Shown here piece by piece: positions 15,001 to 27,887 of a DNA stretch of 64,000 nt. Under the pieces are notes generated by a model. That model saw nothing but the letters and a program-made list of their open reading frames with translations. It was not told the origin of the DNA and ran no database searches. A program made the translations under genes and the position numbers. Each line of letters opens with the position of its first letter. Within the stretch, counting starts at the first letter, position 1. This stretch comes from Eledone cirrhosa (Eukaryota): the NCBI GenBank assembly GCA_964016885.1, contig OZ024742.1:328166001-328230000 (forward strand), read 5' to 3'.

Positions 15001-18000
15001 TATGGTGTTGTTGTAGTTCTTTTTGGTGCTAGTGTTGGTATGGTGCTGTTGTAGTTGTTTTTGGTGGTAGTGTTGGTATGGTGTTGTTGTAGTTGTTTTT
15101 GGTGATAGTGTTGGTATGGTGTTGTTGTAGTTGTTTTTGGTGATAGTGTTGGTATGGTGTTGTTGTAGTTGTTTTTGGTGATAGTGTTGGTATGGTGTTG
15201 TTGTAGTAGTTGTTTTTGGTGATAGTGCTGGTATGGTGTTGTTGTAGTAGTTGTTTTTGGTGATAGTGTTGGTATGGTGTTGATGTAGTTGTTTTTGGTG
15301 ATAGTGTTGGTATGGTGTAGTTGTAGTTGTTTTTGGTGATAGTGTTGGTATGGTGTTTTTGTAGTAGTTGTTTTTGGTGATAGTGTTGGTATGGTGTTGT
15401 TGTTGTAGTTGTTTTTGGTGATAGTGTTGGTATGGTGTTGTTGGAGTAGTTGTTTTTGGTGATAGTGTTGGTATGGTGTTGTTGTGGTTGTTGTTTTTGG
15501 TGATAGTGTTGGTATGGTGTTGTTGTAGTTGTTTTTGGTGATAGTGTTGGTATGGTGTTGTTGTAGCTGTTTTTGGTGATAGTGTTGGTATGGTGTTGTT
15601 GTAGTAGTTTCTTTTGGTGATAGTGTTGGTATGGTGTTGTTGTAGTAGTTGTTTTTGGTGATAGTGTTGGTATGGTGTTGTTGTAGTTGTTTTTGGTGAT
15701 AGTGTTGTTCTGGTGTTGTTGTAGTAGTTTTTGGTGATAGTGTTGGTATGGTGTTGTTGTAGTAGTTTTTTTTTGTGATAGTGTTGGTATGGTGTTGTTG
15801 TAGTAGTTGTTTTTGGTGATAGTGTTGGTATGGTGTTGTTGTAGTTGTTTTTGGTGATAGTGTTGGTATGGTGTTGTTGTAGTAGTTGTTTTTGGTGATA
15901 GTGTTGGTATGGTGTTGTTGTAGTAGTTTTTTTTGTTGATAGTGTTGGTATGGTGTTGTTGTAGTAGTTGGTTTTGGTGATAGTGTTGGTATGGTGTTGT
16001 TGTAGTTGTTTTTGGTGATAGTGTTGGTATGGTGTTGTTGTAGTAGTTGTTTTTGGTGATAGTGTTGGTATGGTGTTGCTGTAGTTGTTTTTGGTGACAG
16101 TGTTGGTATGGTGTTGTTGTAGTAGTTGTTTTTGGTGATAGTGTTGGTATGGTGTTGTTGTAGTTGTTTTTAGTGATAGTGTTGGTATGGTGTTGTTGTA
16201 GTAGTTGTTTTTGGTGATAGTGTTGGTATGGTGTTGTTGTGGTTGTTTTTGGTGATAGTGTTGGTATGGTGTTGTAGTAGTTGTTTTTGGTGATAGTGTT
16301 GGTATGGTGTTGTTGTAGTTGTTTTTGGTGATAGTGTTGGTATGGTGCTGTTGTAGTTGTTTTTGGTGATAGTGTTGGTATGGTGTTGTTGTAGTAGTTG
16401 TTTTTGGTGATAGTGTTGGTATGGTGTTGTGGTTGTTTTTGGTGATAGTGTTGGTATGGTGTTGTTGCAGTTGTTGTTTTTGGTGATGGTGTTGGTATGG
16501 TGTTGCTGTAGTTGTTTTTCGTGATAGTGTTGGTATGGTTTTGTTGTAGTTGTTTTTGGTGATAGTGTTGGTATGGTGCTGTTGTAGTAGTTGTTTTTGG
16601 TGATAGTGTTGGTATGGTGTTGTTGTGGTAGTTGTTTTTGGTGATAGTGTTGGTATGGTGTTGTTGTAGTAGTTGTTTTTGGTGATAGTGTTGGTATGGT
16701 GCTGTTGTGGTAGTTGTTTTTGGTGATAGTGTTGGTATGGTGCTGTTGTGGTAGTTGTTTTTGGTGATAGTGTTGGTATGGTGTTGTTGTAGTTATTGGT
16801 GTTAGTGTTGGTATGGTGTTGTTGTGGTAGTTGTTTTTGGTGATCGTGTTGGTATGGTGTTGTTGTAGTAGTTTTTGGTGATAATGTTGGTATGGTGTTG
16901 TAGTAGTTGTTTTTAGCGTTTGTGTTGGTATGGTCTTGTTGTGGTTGTTGTTTTTGGTGATAGTGTTGGTATGGTGTTGTTGTAGTTGTTTTTGGTGTTA
17001 GTGTTGGTATGGTGTTGTTGTGGTTGTTGTTTTTGGTGATAGTGTTGGTATGGTGTTGTAGTTGTTTTTGGTGATAGTGTTGGTATGGTGTTGTTGTTGT
17101 TTTTGGTGATAGTGTTGGCATGGTGTTGTTGTGGTTGTTGTTTTTTGGTGATAGTGTTGGTAAGGTGTTGTTGTAGTAGTTGTTTTTGGTGATAGTGTTG
17201 GTATGGTGTTGTAGTTGTTTTTGGTGATAGTGTTGGTATGGTGTTGTTGTGGTTGTTGTTTTTGGTGATAGTGTGGTATGGTGTTGTTGTAGTAGTTGTT
17301 TTTGGTCATAGTATTGGTATGGTGTTGTTGTAGTTGTTGTTTTTAGTGATAGTGTGGTATGGTGTTGTTGTGGTTGTTTTTGGTGATAGTGTTGGTATGG
17401 TGTTGTTGTAGTAGTTGTTTTTGGTCATAGTATTGGTATGGTGTTGTTGTAGTTGTTGTTTTTGGTGATAGTATGGTATGGTGTTGTTGTAGTTGTTTTT
17501 GGTGATAGTGTTGGTATGGTGTTGTTGTAGTAGTTGTTTTTGTTCATAGTATTGGTATGGTGTTGTTGTAGTTGTTGTTTTTGGTGATAGTGTGGTATGG
17601 TGTTGTTGTAGTTGTTTTTGGTGATAGTGTTGGTATGGTGTTGTTGTAGTAGTTGTTTTTGGTCATAGTATTGGTATGGTGTTGTTGTAGTTGTTGTTTT
17701 TGGTGATAGTGTGGTATGGTGTTGTTGTAGTTGTTTTTGGTGATAGTGTTGTTATAGTGTTGTTGTAGTTGTTGTTTTTGGTGATAGTGTTGGTATGGTG
17801 TAGTTGTTTTTGGTGATAGTGTTGGTATGGTGTTGTTGTAGTTGTTGTTTTTGGTGATAGTGTTGGTATGGTGTTGTTGTAGTTGTTTTTGGTGATAGTG
17901 TTGGTATGGTGTTGTAGTAGTTGTTTTTGGTGATAGTGTTGGTATGGTGTTGTTGTAGTTGTTTTTGGTGATAGTGTTGGTATGGTGTTGTTGTAGTAGT

Positions 18001-21000
18001 TGTTTTTGGTCATAGTATTGGTATGGTGTTGTTGTAGTTGTTGTTTTGGGTGATAGTGTGGTATGGTGTTGTTGTAGTTGTTTTTGGTGATAGTGTTGTT
18101 ATGGTGTTGTTGTAGTAGTTGTTTTTGGTGATAGTGTTGGTATGGTGTTGTTGTGGTTGTTGTTTTTGGTGATAGTGTTGGTATGGTGTTGTTGTAGTTG
18201 TTTTTGGTGATAGTGTTGGTATGGTGTTGTTGTAGCTGTTTTTGGTGATAGTGTTGGTATGGTGTTGTTGTAGTAGTTTTTTTTGGTGATAGTGTTGGTA
18301 TGGTGTTGTTGTAGTAGTTGTTTTTGGTGATAGTGTTGGTATGGTGTTGTTGTAGTTGTTTTTGGTGATAGTGTTGTTCTGGTGTTGTTGTAGTAGTTTT
18401 TGGTGATAGTGTTGGTATGGTGTAGTTGTAGTTGTTTTTGGTGATAGTGTTGGTATGGTGTTTTTGTAGTAGTTGTTTTTGGTGATAGTGTTGGTATGGT
18501 GTTGTTGTTGTAGTTGTTTTTGGTGATAGTGTTGGTATGGTGTTGTTGTAGTAGTTGTTTTTGGTGATAGTGTTGGTATGGTGTTGTTGTGGTTGTTGTT
18601 TTTGGTGATAGTGTTGGTATGGTGTTGTTGTAGTTGTTTTTGGTGATAGTGTTGGTATGGTGTTGTTGTAGCTGTTTTTGGTGATAGTGTTGGTATGGTG
18701 TTGTTGTAGTAGTTTTTTTTGGTGATAGTGTTGGTATGGTGTTGTTGTAGTAGTTGTTTTTGGTGATAGTGTTGGTATGGTGTTGTTGTAGTTGTTTTTG
18801 GTGATAGTGTTGTTCTGGTGTTGTTGTAGTAGTTTTTGGTGATAGTGTTGGTATGGTGTTGTTGTAGTAGTTTTTTTTTGTGATAGTGTTGGTATGGTGT
18901 TGTTGTAGTAGTTGTTTTTGGTGATAGTGTTGGTATGGTGTTGTTGTAGTTGTTTTTGGTGATAGTGTTGGTATGGTGTTGTTGTAGTAGTTGTTTTTGG
19001 TGATAGTGTTGGTATGGTGTTGTTGTAGTAGTTTTTTTTGTTGATAGTGTTGGTATGGTGTTGTTGTAGTAGTTGGTTTTGGTGATAGTGTTGGTATGGT
19101 GTTGTTGTAGTTGTTTTTGGTGATAGTGTTGGTATGGTGTTGTTGTAGTAGTTGTTTTTGGTGATAGTGTTGGTATGGTGTTGCTGTAGTTGTTTTTGGT
19201 GATAGTGTTGGTATGGTGTTGTTGTAGTAGTTGTTTTTGGTGATAGTGTTGGTATGGTGTTGTTGTAGTTGTTTTTAGTGATAGTGTTGGTATGGTGTTG
19301 TTGTAGTAGTTGTTTTTGGTGATAGTGTTGGTATGGTGTTGTTGTGGTTGTTTTTGGTGATAGTGTTGGTATGGTGTTGTAGTAGTTGTTTTTGGTGATA
19401 GTGTTGGTATGGTGTTGTTGTAGTTGTTTTTGGTGATAGTGTTGGTATGGTGCTGTTGTAGTTGTTTTTGGTGATAGTGTTGGTATGGTGTTGTTGTAGT
19501 AGTTGTTTTTGGTGATAGTGTTGGTATGGTGTTGTTGTGGTTGTTTTTGGTGATAGTGTTGGTATGGTGTTGTTGCAGTTGTTGTTTTTGGTGATGGTGT
19601 TGGTATGGTGTTGCTGTAGTTGTTTTTCGTGATAGTGTTGGTATGGTTTTGTTGTAGTTGTTTTTGGTGATAGTGTTGGTATGGTGCTGTTGTAGTAGTT
19701 GTTTTTGGTGATAGTGTTGGTATGGTGTTGTTGTGGTAGTTGTTTTTGGTGATAGTGTTGGTATGGTGTTGTTGTAGTAGTTGTTTTTGGTGATAGTGTT
19801 GGTAATGTGCTGTTGTGGTAGTTGTTTTTGGTGATAGTGTTGGTATGGTGCTGTTGTGGTAGTTGTTTTTGGTGATAGTGTTGGTATGGTGTTGTTGTAG
19901 TTATTGGTGTTAGTGTTGGTATGGTGTTGTTGTGGTAGTTGTTTTTGGTGATCGTGTTGGTATGGTGTTGTTGTAGTAGTTTTTGGTGATAATGTTGGTA
20001 TGGTGTTGTAGTAGTTGTTTTTAGCGTTTGTGTTGGTATGGTCTTGTTGTGGTTGTTGTTTTTGGTGATAGTGTTGGTATGGTGTTGTTGTAGTTGTTTT
20101 TGGTGTTAGTGTTGGTATGGTGTTGTTGTGGTTGTTGTTTTTGGTGATAGTGTTGGTATGGTGTTGTAGTTGTTTTTGGTGATAGTGTTGGTATGGTGTT
20201 GTTGTTGTTTTTGGTGATAGTGTTGGCATGGTGTTGTTGTGGTTGTTGTTTTTTGGTGATAGTGTTGGTAAGGTGTTGTTGTAGTAGTTGTTTTTGGTGA
20301 TAGTGTTGGTATGGTGTTGTAGTTGTTTTTGGTGATAGTGTTGGTATGGTGTTGTTGTGGTTGTTGTTTTTGGTGATAGTGTGGTATGGTGTTGTTGTAG
20401 TAGTTGTTTTTGGTCATAGTATTGGTATGGTGTTGTTGTAGTTGTTGTTTTTAGTGATAGTGTGGTATGGTGTTGTTGTGGTTGTTTTTGGTGATAGTGT
20501 TGGTATGGTGTTGTTGTAGTAGTTGTTTTTGGTCATAGTATTGGTATGGTGTTGTTGTAGTTGTTGTTTTTGGTGATAGTATGGTATGGTGTTGTTGTAG
20601 TTGTTTTTGGTGATAGTGTTGGTATGGTGTTGTTGTAGTAGTTGTTTTTGTTCATAGTATTGGTATGGTGTTGTTGTAGTTGTTGTTTTTGGTGATAGTG
20701 TGGTATGGTGTTGTTGTAGTTGTTTTTGGTGATAGTGTTGGTATGGTGTTGTTGTAGTAGTTGTTTTTGGTCATAGTATTGGTATGGTGTTGTTGTAGTT
20801 GTTGTTTTTGGTGATAGTGTGGTATGGTGTTGTTGTAGTTGTTTTTGGTGATAGTGTTGTTATAGTGTTGTTGTAGTTGTTGTTTTTGGTGATAGTGTTG
20901 GTATGGTGTAGTTGTTTTTGGTGATAGTGTTGGTATGGTGTTGTTGTAGTTGTTGTTTTTGGTGATAGTGTTGGTATGGTGTTGTTGTAGTTGTTTTTGG

Positions 21001-24000
21001 TGATAGTGTTGGTATGGTGTTGTAGTAGTTGTTTTTGGTGATAGTGTTGGTATGGTGTTGTTGTAGTTGTTTTTGGTGATAGTGTTGGTATGGTGTTGTT
21101 GTAGTAGTTGTTTTTGGTCATAGTATTGGTATGGTGTTGTTGTAGTTGTTGTTTTGGGTGATAGTGTGGTATGGTGTTGTTGTAGTTGTTTTTGGTGATA
21201 GTGTTGTTATGGTGTTGTTGTAGTAGTTGTTTTTGGTGATAGTGTTGGTATGGTGTTGTTGTGGTTGTTGTTTTTGGTGATAGTGTTGGTATGGTGTTGT
21301 TGTAGTTGTTTTTGGTGATAGTGTTGGTATGGTGTTGTTGTAGCTGTTTTTGGTGATAGTGTTGGTATGGTGTTGTTGTAGTAGTTTTTTTTGGTGATAG
21401 TGTTGGTATGGTGTTGTTGTAGTAGTTGTTTTTGGTGATAGTGTTGGTATGGTGTTGTTGTAGTTGTTTTTGGTGATAGTGTTGTTCTGGTGTTGTTGTA
21501 GTAGTTTTTGGTGATAGTGTTGGTATGGTGTTGTTGTAGTAGTTTTTTTTTGTGATAGTGTTGGTATGGTGTTGTTGTAGTAGTTGTTTTTGGTGATAGT
21601 GTTGGTATGGTGTTGTTGTAGTTGTTTTTGGTGATAGTGTTGGTATGGTGTTGTTGTAGTAGTTGTTTTTGGTGATAGTGTTGGTATGGTGTTGTTGTAG
21701 TAGGTTTTTTTGTTGATAGTGTTGGTATGGTGTTGTTGTAGTAGTTGGTTTTGGTGATAGTGTTGGTATGGTGTTGTTGTAGTTGTTTTTGGTGATAGTG
21801 TTGGTATGGTGTTGTTGTAGTAGTTGTTTTTGGTGATAGTGTTGGTATGGTGTTGCTGTAGTTGTTTTTGGTGACAGTGTTGGTATGGTGTTGTTGTAGT
21901 AGTTGTTTTTGGTGATAGTGTTGGTATGGTGTTGTTGTAGTTGTTTTTAGTGATAGTGTTGGTATGGTGTTGTTGTAGTAGTTGTTTTTGGTGATAGTGT
22001 TGGTATGGTGTTGTTGTGGTTGTTTTTGGTGATAGTGTTGGTATGGTGTTGTAGTAGTTGTTTTTGGTGATAGTGTTGGTATGGTGTTGTTGTAGTAGTT
22101 GTTTTTGGTCATAGTATTGGTATGGTGTTTTTGTAGTAGTTGTTTTTGGTGATAGTGTTGGTATGGTGTTGTTGTTGTAGTTGTTTTTGGTGATAGTGTT
22201 GGTATGGTGTTGTTGTAGTAGTTGTTTTTGGTGATAGTGTTGGTATGGTGTTGTTGTGGTTGTTGTTTTTGGTGATAGTGTTGGTATGGTGTTGTTGTAG
22301 TTGTTTTTGGTGATAGTGTTGGTATGGTGTTGTTGTAGCTGTTTTTGGTGATAGTGTTGGTATGGTGTTGTTGTAGTAGTTTTTTTTGGTGATAGTGTTG
22401 GTATGGTGTTGTTGTAGTAGTTGTTTTTGGTGATAGTGTTGGTATGGTGTTGTTGTAGTTGTTTTTGGTGATAGTGTTGGTATGGTGTTGTTGTAGTAGT
22501 TGTTTTTGGTGATAGTGTTGGTATGGTGTTGTTGTAGTAGTTTTTTTTGTTGATAGTGTTGGTATGGTGTTGTTGTAGTAGTTGGTTTTGGTGATAGTGT
22601 TGGTATGGTGTTGTTGTAGTTGTTTTTGGTGATAGTGTTGGTATGGTGTTGTTGTAGTAGTTGTTTTTGGTGATAGTGTTGGTATGGTGTTGCTGTAGTT
22701 GTTTTTGGTGACAGTGTTGGTATGGTGTTGTTGTAGTAGTTGTTTTTGGTGATAGTGTTGGTATGGTGTTGTTGTAGTTGTTTTTAGTGATAGTGTTGGT
22801 ATGGTGTTGTTGTAGTAGTTGTTTTTGGTGATAGTGTTGGTATGGTGTTGTTGTGGTTGTTTTTGGTGATAGTGTTGGTATGGTGTTGTAGTAGTTGTTT
22901 TTGGTGATAGTGTTGGTATGGTGTTGTTGTAGTTGTTTTTGGTGATAGTGTTGGTATGGTGCTGTTGTAGTTGTTTTTGGTGATAGTGTTGGTATGGTGT
23001 TGTTGTAGTAGTTGTTTTTGGTGATAGTGTTGGTATGGTGTTGTTGTGGTTGTTTTTGGTGATAGTGTTGGTATGGTGTTGTTGCAGTTGTTGTTTTTGG
23101 TGATGGTGTTGGTATGGTGTTGCTGTAGTTGTTTTTCGTGATAGTGTTGGTATGGTTTTGTTGTAGTTGTTTTTGGTGATAGTGTTGGTATGGTGCTGTT
23201 GTAGTAGTTGTTTTTGGTGATAGTGTTGGTATGGTGTTGTTGTGGTAGTTGTTTTTGGTGATAGTGTTGGTATGGTGTTGTTGTAGTAGTTGTTTTTGGT
23301 GATAGTGTTGGTATGGTGCTGTTGTGGTAGTTGTTTTTGGTGATAGTGTTGGTATGGTGCTGTTGTGGTAGTTGTTTTTGGTGATAGTGTTGGTATGGTG
23401 TTGTTGTAGTTATTGGTGTTAGTGTTGGTATGGTGTTGTTGTGGTAGTTGTTTTTGGTGATCGTGTTGGTATGGTGTTGTTGTAGTAGTTTTTGGTGATA
23501 ATGTTGGTATGGTGTTGTAGTAGTTGTTTTTAGCGTTTGTGTTGGTATGGTCTTGTTGTGGTTGTTGTTTTTGGTGATAGTGTTGGTATGGTGTTGTTGT
23601 AGTTGTTTTTGGTGTTAGTGTTGGTATGGTGTTGTTGTGGTTGTTGTTTTTGGTGATAGTGTTGGTATGGTGTTGTAGTTGTTTTTGGTGATAGTGTTGG
23701 TATGGTGTTGTTGTTGTTTTTGGTGATAGTGTTGGCATGGTGTTGTTGTGGTTGTTGTTTTTTGGTGATAGTGTTGGTAAGGTGTTGTTGTAGTAGTTGT
23801 TTTTGGTGATAGTGTTGGTATGGTGTTGTAGTTGTTTTTGGTGATAGTGTTGGTATGGTGTTGTTGTGGTTGTTGTTTTTGGTGATAGTGTGGTATGGTG
23901 TTGTTGTAGTAGTTGTTTTTGGTCATAGTATTGGTATGGTGTTGTTGTAGTTGTTGTTTTTAGTGATAGTGTGGTATGGTGTTGTTGTGGTTGTTTTTGG

Positions 24001-24760
24001 TGATAGTGTTGGTATGGTGTTGTTGTAGTAGTTGTTTTTGGTCATAGTATTGGTATGGTGTTGTTGTAGTTGTTGTTTTTGGTGATAGTATGGTATGGTG
24101 TTGTTGTAGTTGTTTTTGGTGATAGTGTTGGTATGGTGTTGTTGTAGTAGTTGTTTTTGTTCATAGTATTGGTATGGTGTTGTTGTAGTTGTTGTTTTTG
24201 GTGATAGTGTGGTATGGTGTTGTTGTAGTTGTTTTTGGTGATAGTGTTGGTATGGTGTTGTTGTAGTAGTTGTTTTTGGTCATAGTATTGGTATGGTGTT
24301 GTTGTAGTTGTTGTTTTTGGTGATAGTGTGGTATGGTGTTGTTGTAGTTGTTTTTGGTGATAGTGTTGTTATAGTGTTGTTGTAGTTGTTGTTTTTGGTG
24401 ATAGTGTTGGTATGGTGTAGTTGTTTTTGGTGATAGTGTTGGTATGGTGTTGTTGTAGTTGTTGTTTTTGGTGATAGTGTTGGTATGGTGTTGTTGTAGT
24501 TGTTTTTGGTGATAGTGTTGGTATGGTGTTGTAGTAGTTGTTTTTGGTGATAGTGTTGGTATGGTGTTGTTGTAGTTGTTTTTGGTGATAGTGTTGGTAT
24601 GGTGTTGTTGTAGTAGTTGTTTTTGGTCATAGTATTGGTATGGTGTTGTTGTAGTTGTTGTTTTGGGTGATAGTGTGGTATGGTGTTGTTGTAGTTGTTT
24701 TTGGTGATAGTGTTGTTATGGTGTTGTTGTAGTTGTTGTTTTTGGTGATAGTGTTGGTTT
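1..24760. repeat. G/T-rich minisatellite array, consensus GGTGATAGTGTTGGTATGGTGTTGTTGTAGTTGTTTTT (38 bp; 35/41/44-bp variants), with higher-order repeats
   Basis: The unit repeats without interruption from base 1 to ~24760. Length variants arise by gain or loss of GTT/GTA triplets. Diagnostic variant units recur at fixed offsets (1848, 7235, 3108, 3509 bp). The array probably continues left of the window. Confidence 0.98.
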
Positions 24761-25290
24761 TGTGTTGATAGACGCAGTGTCATTGGTGTTGTTGTTTTTA
24801 ATGGCAGTGGTGGTTGTGGTAGTGGCGTCGGTATGGTGTCGTTGTTAATGGCGATGGTCTATTGTTGATGTAATGGTGTAATTACTGTTGGTGGTGTTTG
24901 CACTGTGTGGTGTTCGTGTCAGTGTTTGTGGAGTGGTGTTGGTGTTTACATTGCGGTATTGGTATTTGTGGTGATATGTTGATAACAGTTATAATTATTG
25001 TTGTTGTTGCTGTTGCTGTTCTGACGGTAATATTATAGGTGTAATTGGTGTTAATATTCTAGTTGTTCTTTGTATGGTGTTGTTGTTGGTGGCGTGATGT
25101 TGGAGTTGTTCTAATGATATTATAAGTAGCGTAACTGATGTCAGCTTCGTTATTATTGCTGTTGTTCCTTTTGTTGTTGTTAACGGTGGTGGTGATAGCA
25201 TTGGTGTAATTGGTGTTGAAATTGTTACGATTATTTTTAGTTGTTGTTGCTTCTATTATTGGCATTCATCTGTTGAAATCCTACTGTCTG
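24761..25290. repeat. Degenerate GTT/GGT-rich low-complexity tract bordering the satellite
   Basis: Same strand bias and GTT/GGT/GTA words as the array (e.g. GGTATGGTGTCGTTG, GGTGATAGCATTGGTG), but no fixed period. Confidence 0.75.
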
Positions 25291-25727
25291 GTCAGAATTA
25301 CTGTTATTTGAGTTAAACGCCATCATCTCTCAAACTTTCACTATTATCTCTTTCATCATTATAGATATTGACACACATTCGCATACATATATTTACACAA
25401 ACGCATGCACACACACATAAACATATATCCAGATGCCCACAAACACATACACATATATCCAGATGTCCACGAACACATACGCATGTATTCAGATGCCCAC
25501 AAACACATACACACACTGACTTACACGTACACTGAGACACATACAGAGATATAACCCCCCCCCACACACACACACACATACACACACAAACGCACACATG
25601 CAGATAGTCTACACAGTCGCAAATACATATACCGTACTGTACTTGTCTGGCAATTTATTTTATCGATCCCGGAAGAATGAAAAGCAAAGTTGGCCACGGC
25701 GAGATTTTAACTCAGAAGGTAAAGGGC

Positions 25728-25759
<32 letters not shown>

Positions 25760-25763
<4 letters not shown>

Positions 25764-25996
25764 GCAGAAAACTGGAGGGTTATATCCGTAGTAGTAGAGC
25801 ACTCGGTCCATGGGACGAGTTTGGTAGAAGTAGTTCCACAACCAGTTAGTTCACCATACCGAGAACAATTGTTTCACTTTATTCGGATCATCAGCTCGTC
25901 TAAATGAAGTTGTACAACTTCATTTAGACCGAGCTGATGATCCGAATAAGGTAAAACAATTGTTCTCGGTATGGTGAACTAACTGTTGTGGAACTA

Positions 25997-25999
<3 letters not shown>
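25760..25999. mobile_element. Fold-back Penelope-like/retrozyme remnant between (TA)n tracts
   Basis: Near-perfect palindrome 25828-25999 centred on TGTACA (25911-25916). Each arm carries a hammerhead motif. (TA)n lies on both sides. Confidence 0.75.
25860..25898 (-). ncRNA. Minimal type-I hammerhead ribozyme motif
   Basis: Minus strand reads CGAG-CTGATGA-TCCGAATAAAGT-GAAA-CAATTG-TT-CTCG: stem I CGAG/CTCG, intact core, weak stem II, palindromic ACAATTGT stem III. The mirror copy (+, 25928-25970) has GAAA changed to AAAA. Confidence 0.75.
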
Positions 26000-26054
<55 letters not shown>

Positions 26055-26088
26055 CAGAATCTTTAGTGCGTTGAACTAATGGTTAGTA

Positions 26089-26137
<49 letters not shown>

Positions 26138-26171
26138 CAGAATCTTTAGTGCGTTGAACTAATGGTTAGTA

Positions 26172-26212
<41 letters not shown>

Positions 26213-26219
<7 letters not shown>

Positions 26220-26571
26220 GTAAGGTTTTTTTTTACAAAATAAAAAATAACGGAGGTGTCCTACACGAGTGAAAGTATAAAGAAAAAGAGATGAAATCGA
26301 AAATGCAACTGAAGTCTTATTTTAAAAAAAATATATATATATATTTATTTGGTTCCTTTACCGGTTTCGCAGTTCTTCTGCTTTTCAAAAGGTGAGTTGA
26401 GATGGAGGGTCTGTGGTTTTTCTCACATGTGAGAAAAACCACAGACCCTCGATCTCAACTCACCTTTTGAAAAGCAGAAGAACTGCGAAACCGGTAAAGG
26501 AACCAAATAAATATATATATTTAAAAAAAAAAATAAGACTTCAGTTGCATTTTCGATTTCATCTCTTTTTC

Positions 26572-26577
<6 letters not shown>
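26213..26577. mobile_element. Fold-back HHR element, 'U3-A8' family, copy 1
   Basis: Palindrome 26276-26577 centred on ACATGT (26425-26430), flanked by (TA)n. A near-identical element lies at 45886-46225. Confidence 0.8.
26463..26500 (+). ncRNA. Minimal hammerhead ribozyme motif with U3-A8 core variant
   Basis: CCTT-TTGAAAA-GCAG aagaa CTGC-GAAA-CCGG-TA-AAGG: stem I CCTT/AAGG, stem II GCAG/CTGC, palindromic ACCGGT stem III, GUA cleavage triplet. An identical mirror copy lies at 26355-26392 (-). Confidence 0.75.
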
Positions 26578-27054
<477 letters not shown>

Positions 27055-27399
27055 TACTAAGCATTAGTTTAACGCACTAAAGAATCTGCTAATCAATCAC
27101 ACAAAAATATATAATACCATACTATCAGATAAAAAAAAATCAATGGAAGCAACTCAAACAAGTCCATGGAAATAATTTCAATAATTAATATTCAGGTTGA
27201 TATGTAGAATTTATGTAAAAAGAAAGACAACAAAAGAACTCTTAATTAATGGAAATTTCATTTTTAGTTGAAGAAAGGAAACAATAACGTAACGACAATT
27301 GTTAGCAGTGCTCAGATAGTATCGAAGATAATTCCAAGAAATTAATAATTAATTTATCAAGCTAACTTGTTGGAGCTTCGTTGGTTTCTATCACCTAAA

Positions 27400-27625
27400 C
27401 TTACAATACGTTAATTATTGTATAAGTGATTGAGTATTCCACAGACACGTGTACGTTTAACATAATTCTCAGACATATTCAGCATGATACAGTACGCTAC
27501 AAGAATGGACCTTTGTATTACAAATACTTACCATGGAAAGGAGTTTTCATATAGGTAATTTCATTCAAAAGGCTTGGGACGACCCAAGAGGGATTGATGT
27601 CGAGAGCTCATGATTGTGAACCATT
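27400..27625 (-). mobile_element. Degenerate tRNA-derived SINE fragment
   Basis: GAGTATTCCACAGACACGTGTAC...TTAAC is the reverse complement of the body seen at 54055-54095, 35995-36025 and 55460-55502. A tRNA-like head lies at the right end. Confidence 0.55.
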
Positions 27626-27845
27626 AACCACTCGGAGAAATTTGCATCGAAGTTACTTGCATCTTACTTAGAAAAGGGACATGTACCCAGCTGATCTGTG
27701 ACTATAAGCACTCCCGACATTACCTTACGATATTATTTATGGTGCTGCGATCGCAGCAAGGCCAAATGATTAAGCGGTTCAATTTGCAATCATTAGGTCC
27801 CGAGTTCGATTCCATTGTTTGGCATCTTCGGAAAGTGTCATTATG

Positions 27846-27887
<42 letters not shown>

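Noticed and set aside
1-24760. CRISPR-like array or telomeric repeat
   Set aside because: The variable parts are triplet-slippage variants, not unique spacers, and there are no cas genes. There is no TTAGGG-type unit, and a G-rich plus strand is the wrong polarity for a left chromosome end.
1537-24783. Long T/H/Q/N-rich ORFs (up to 843 aa) as a mucin-like gene
   Set aside because: They are translations of the minisatellite, open in overlapping frames, with starts and stops created by sporadic point variants. There is no unique N- or C-terminal domain.
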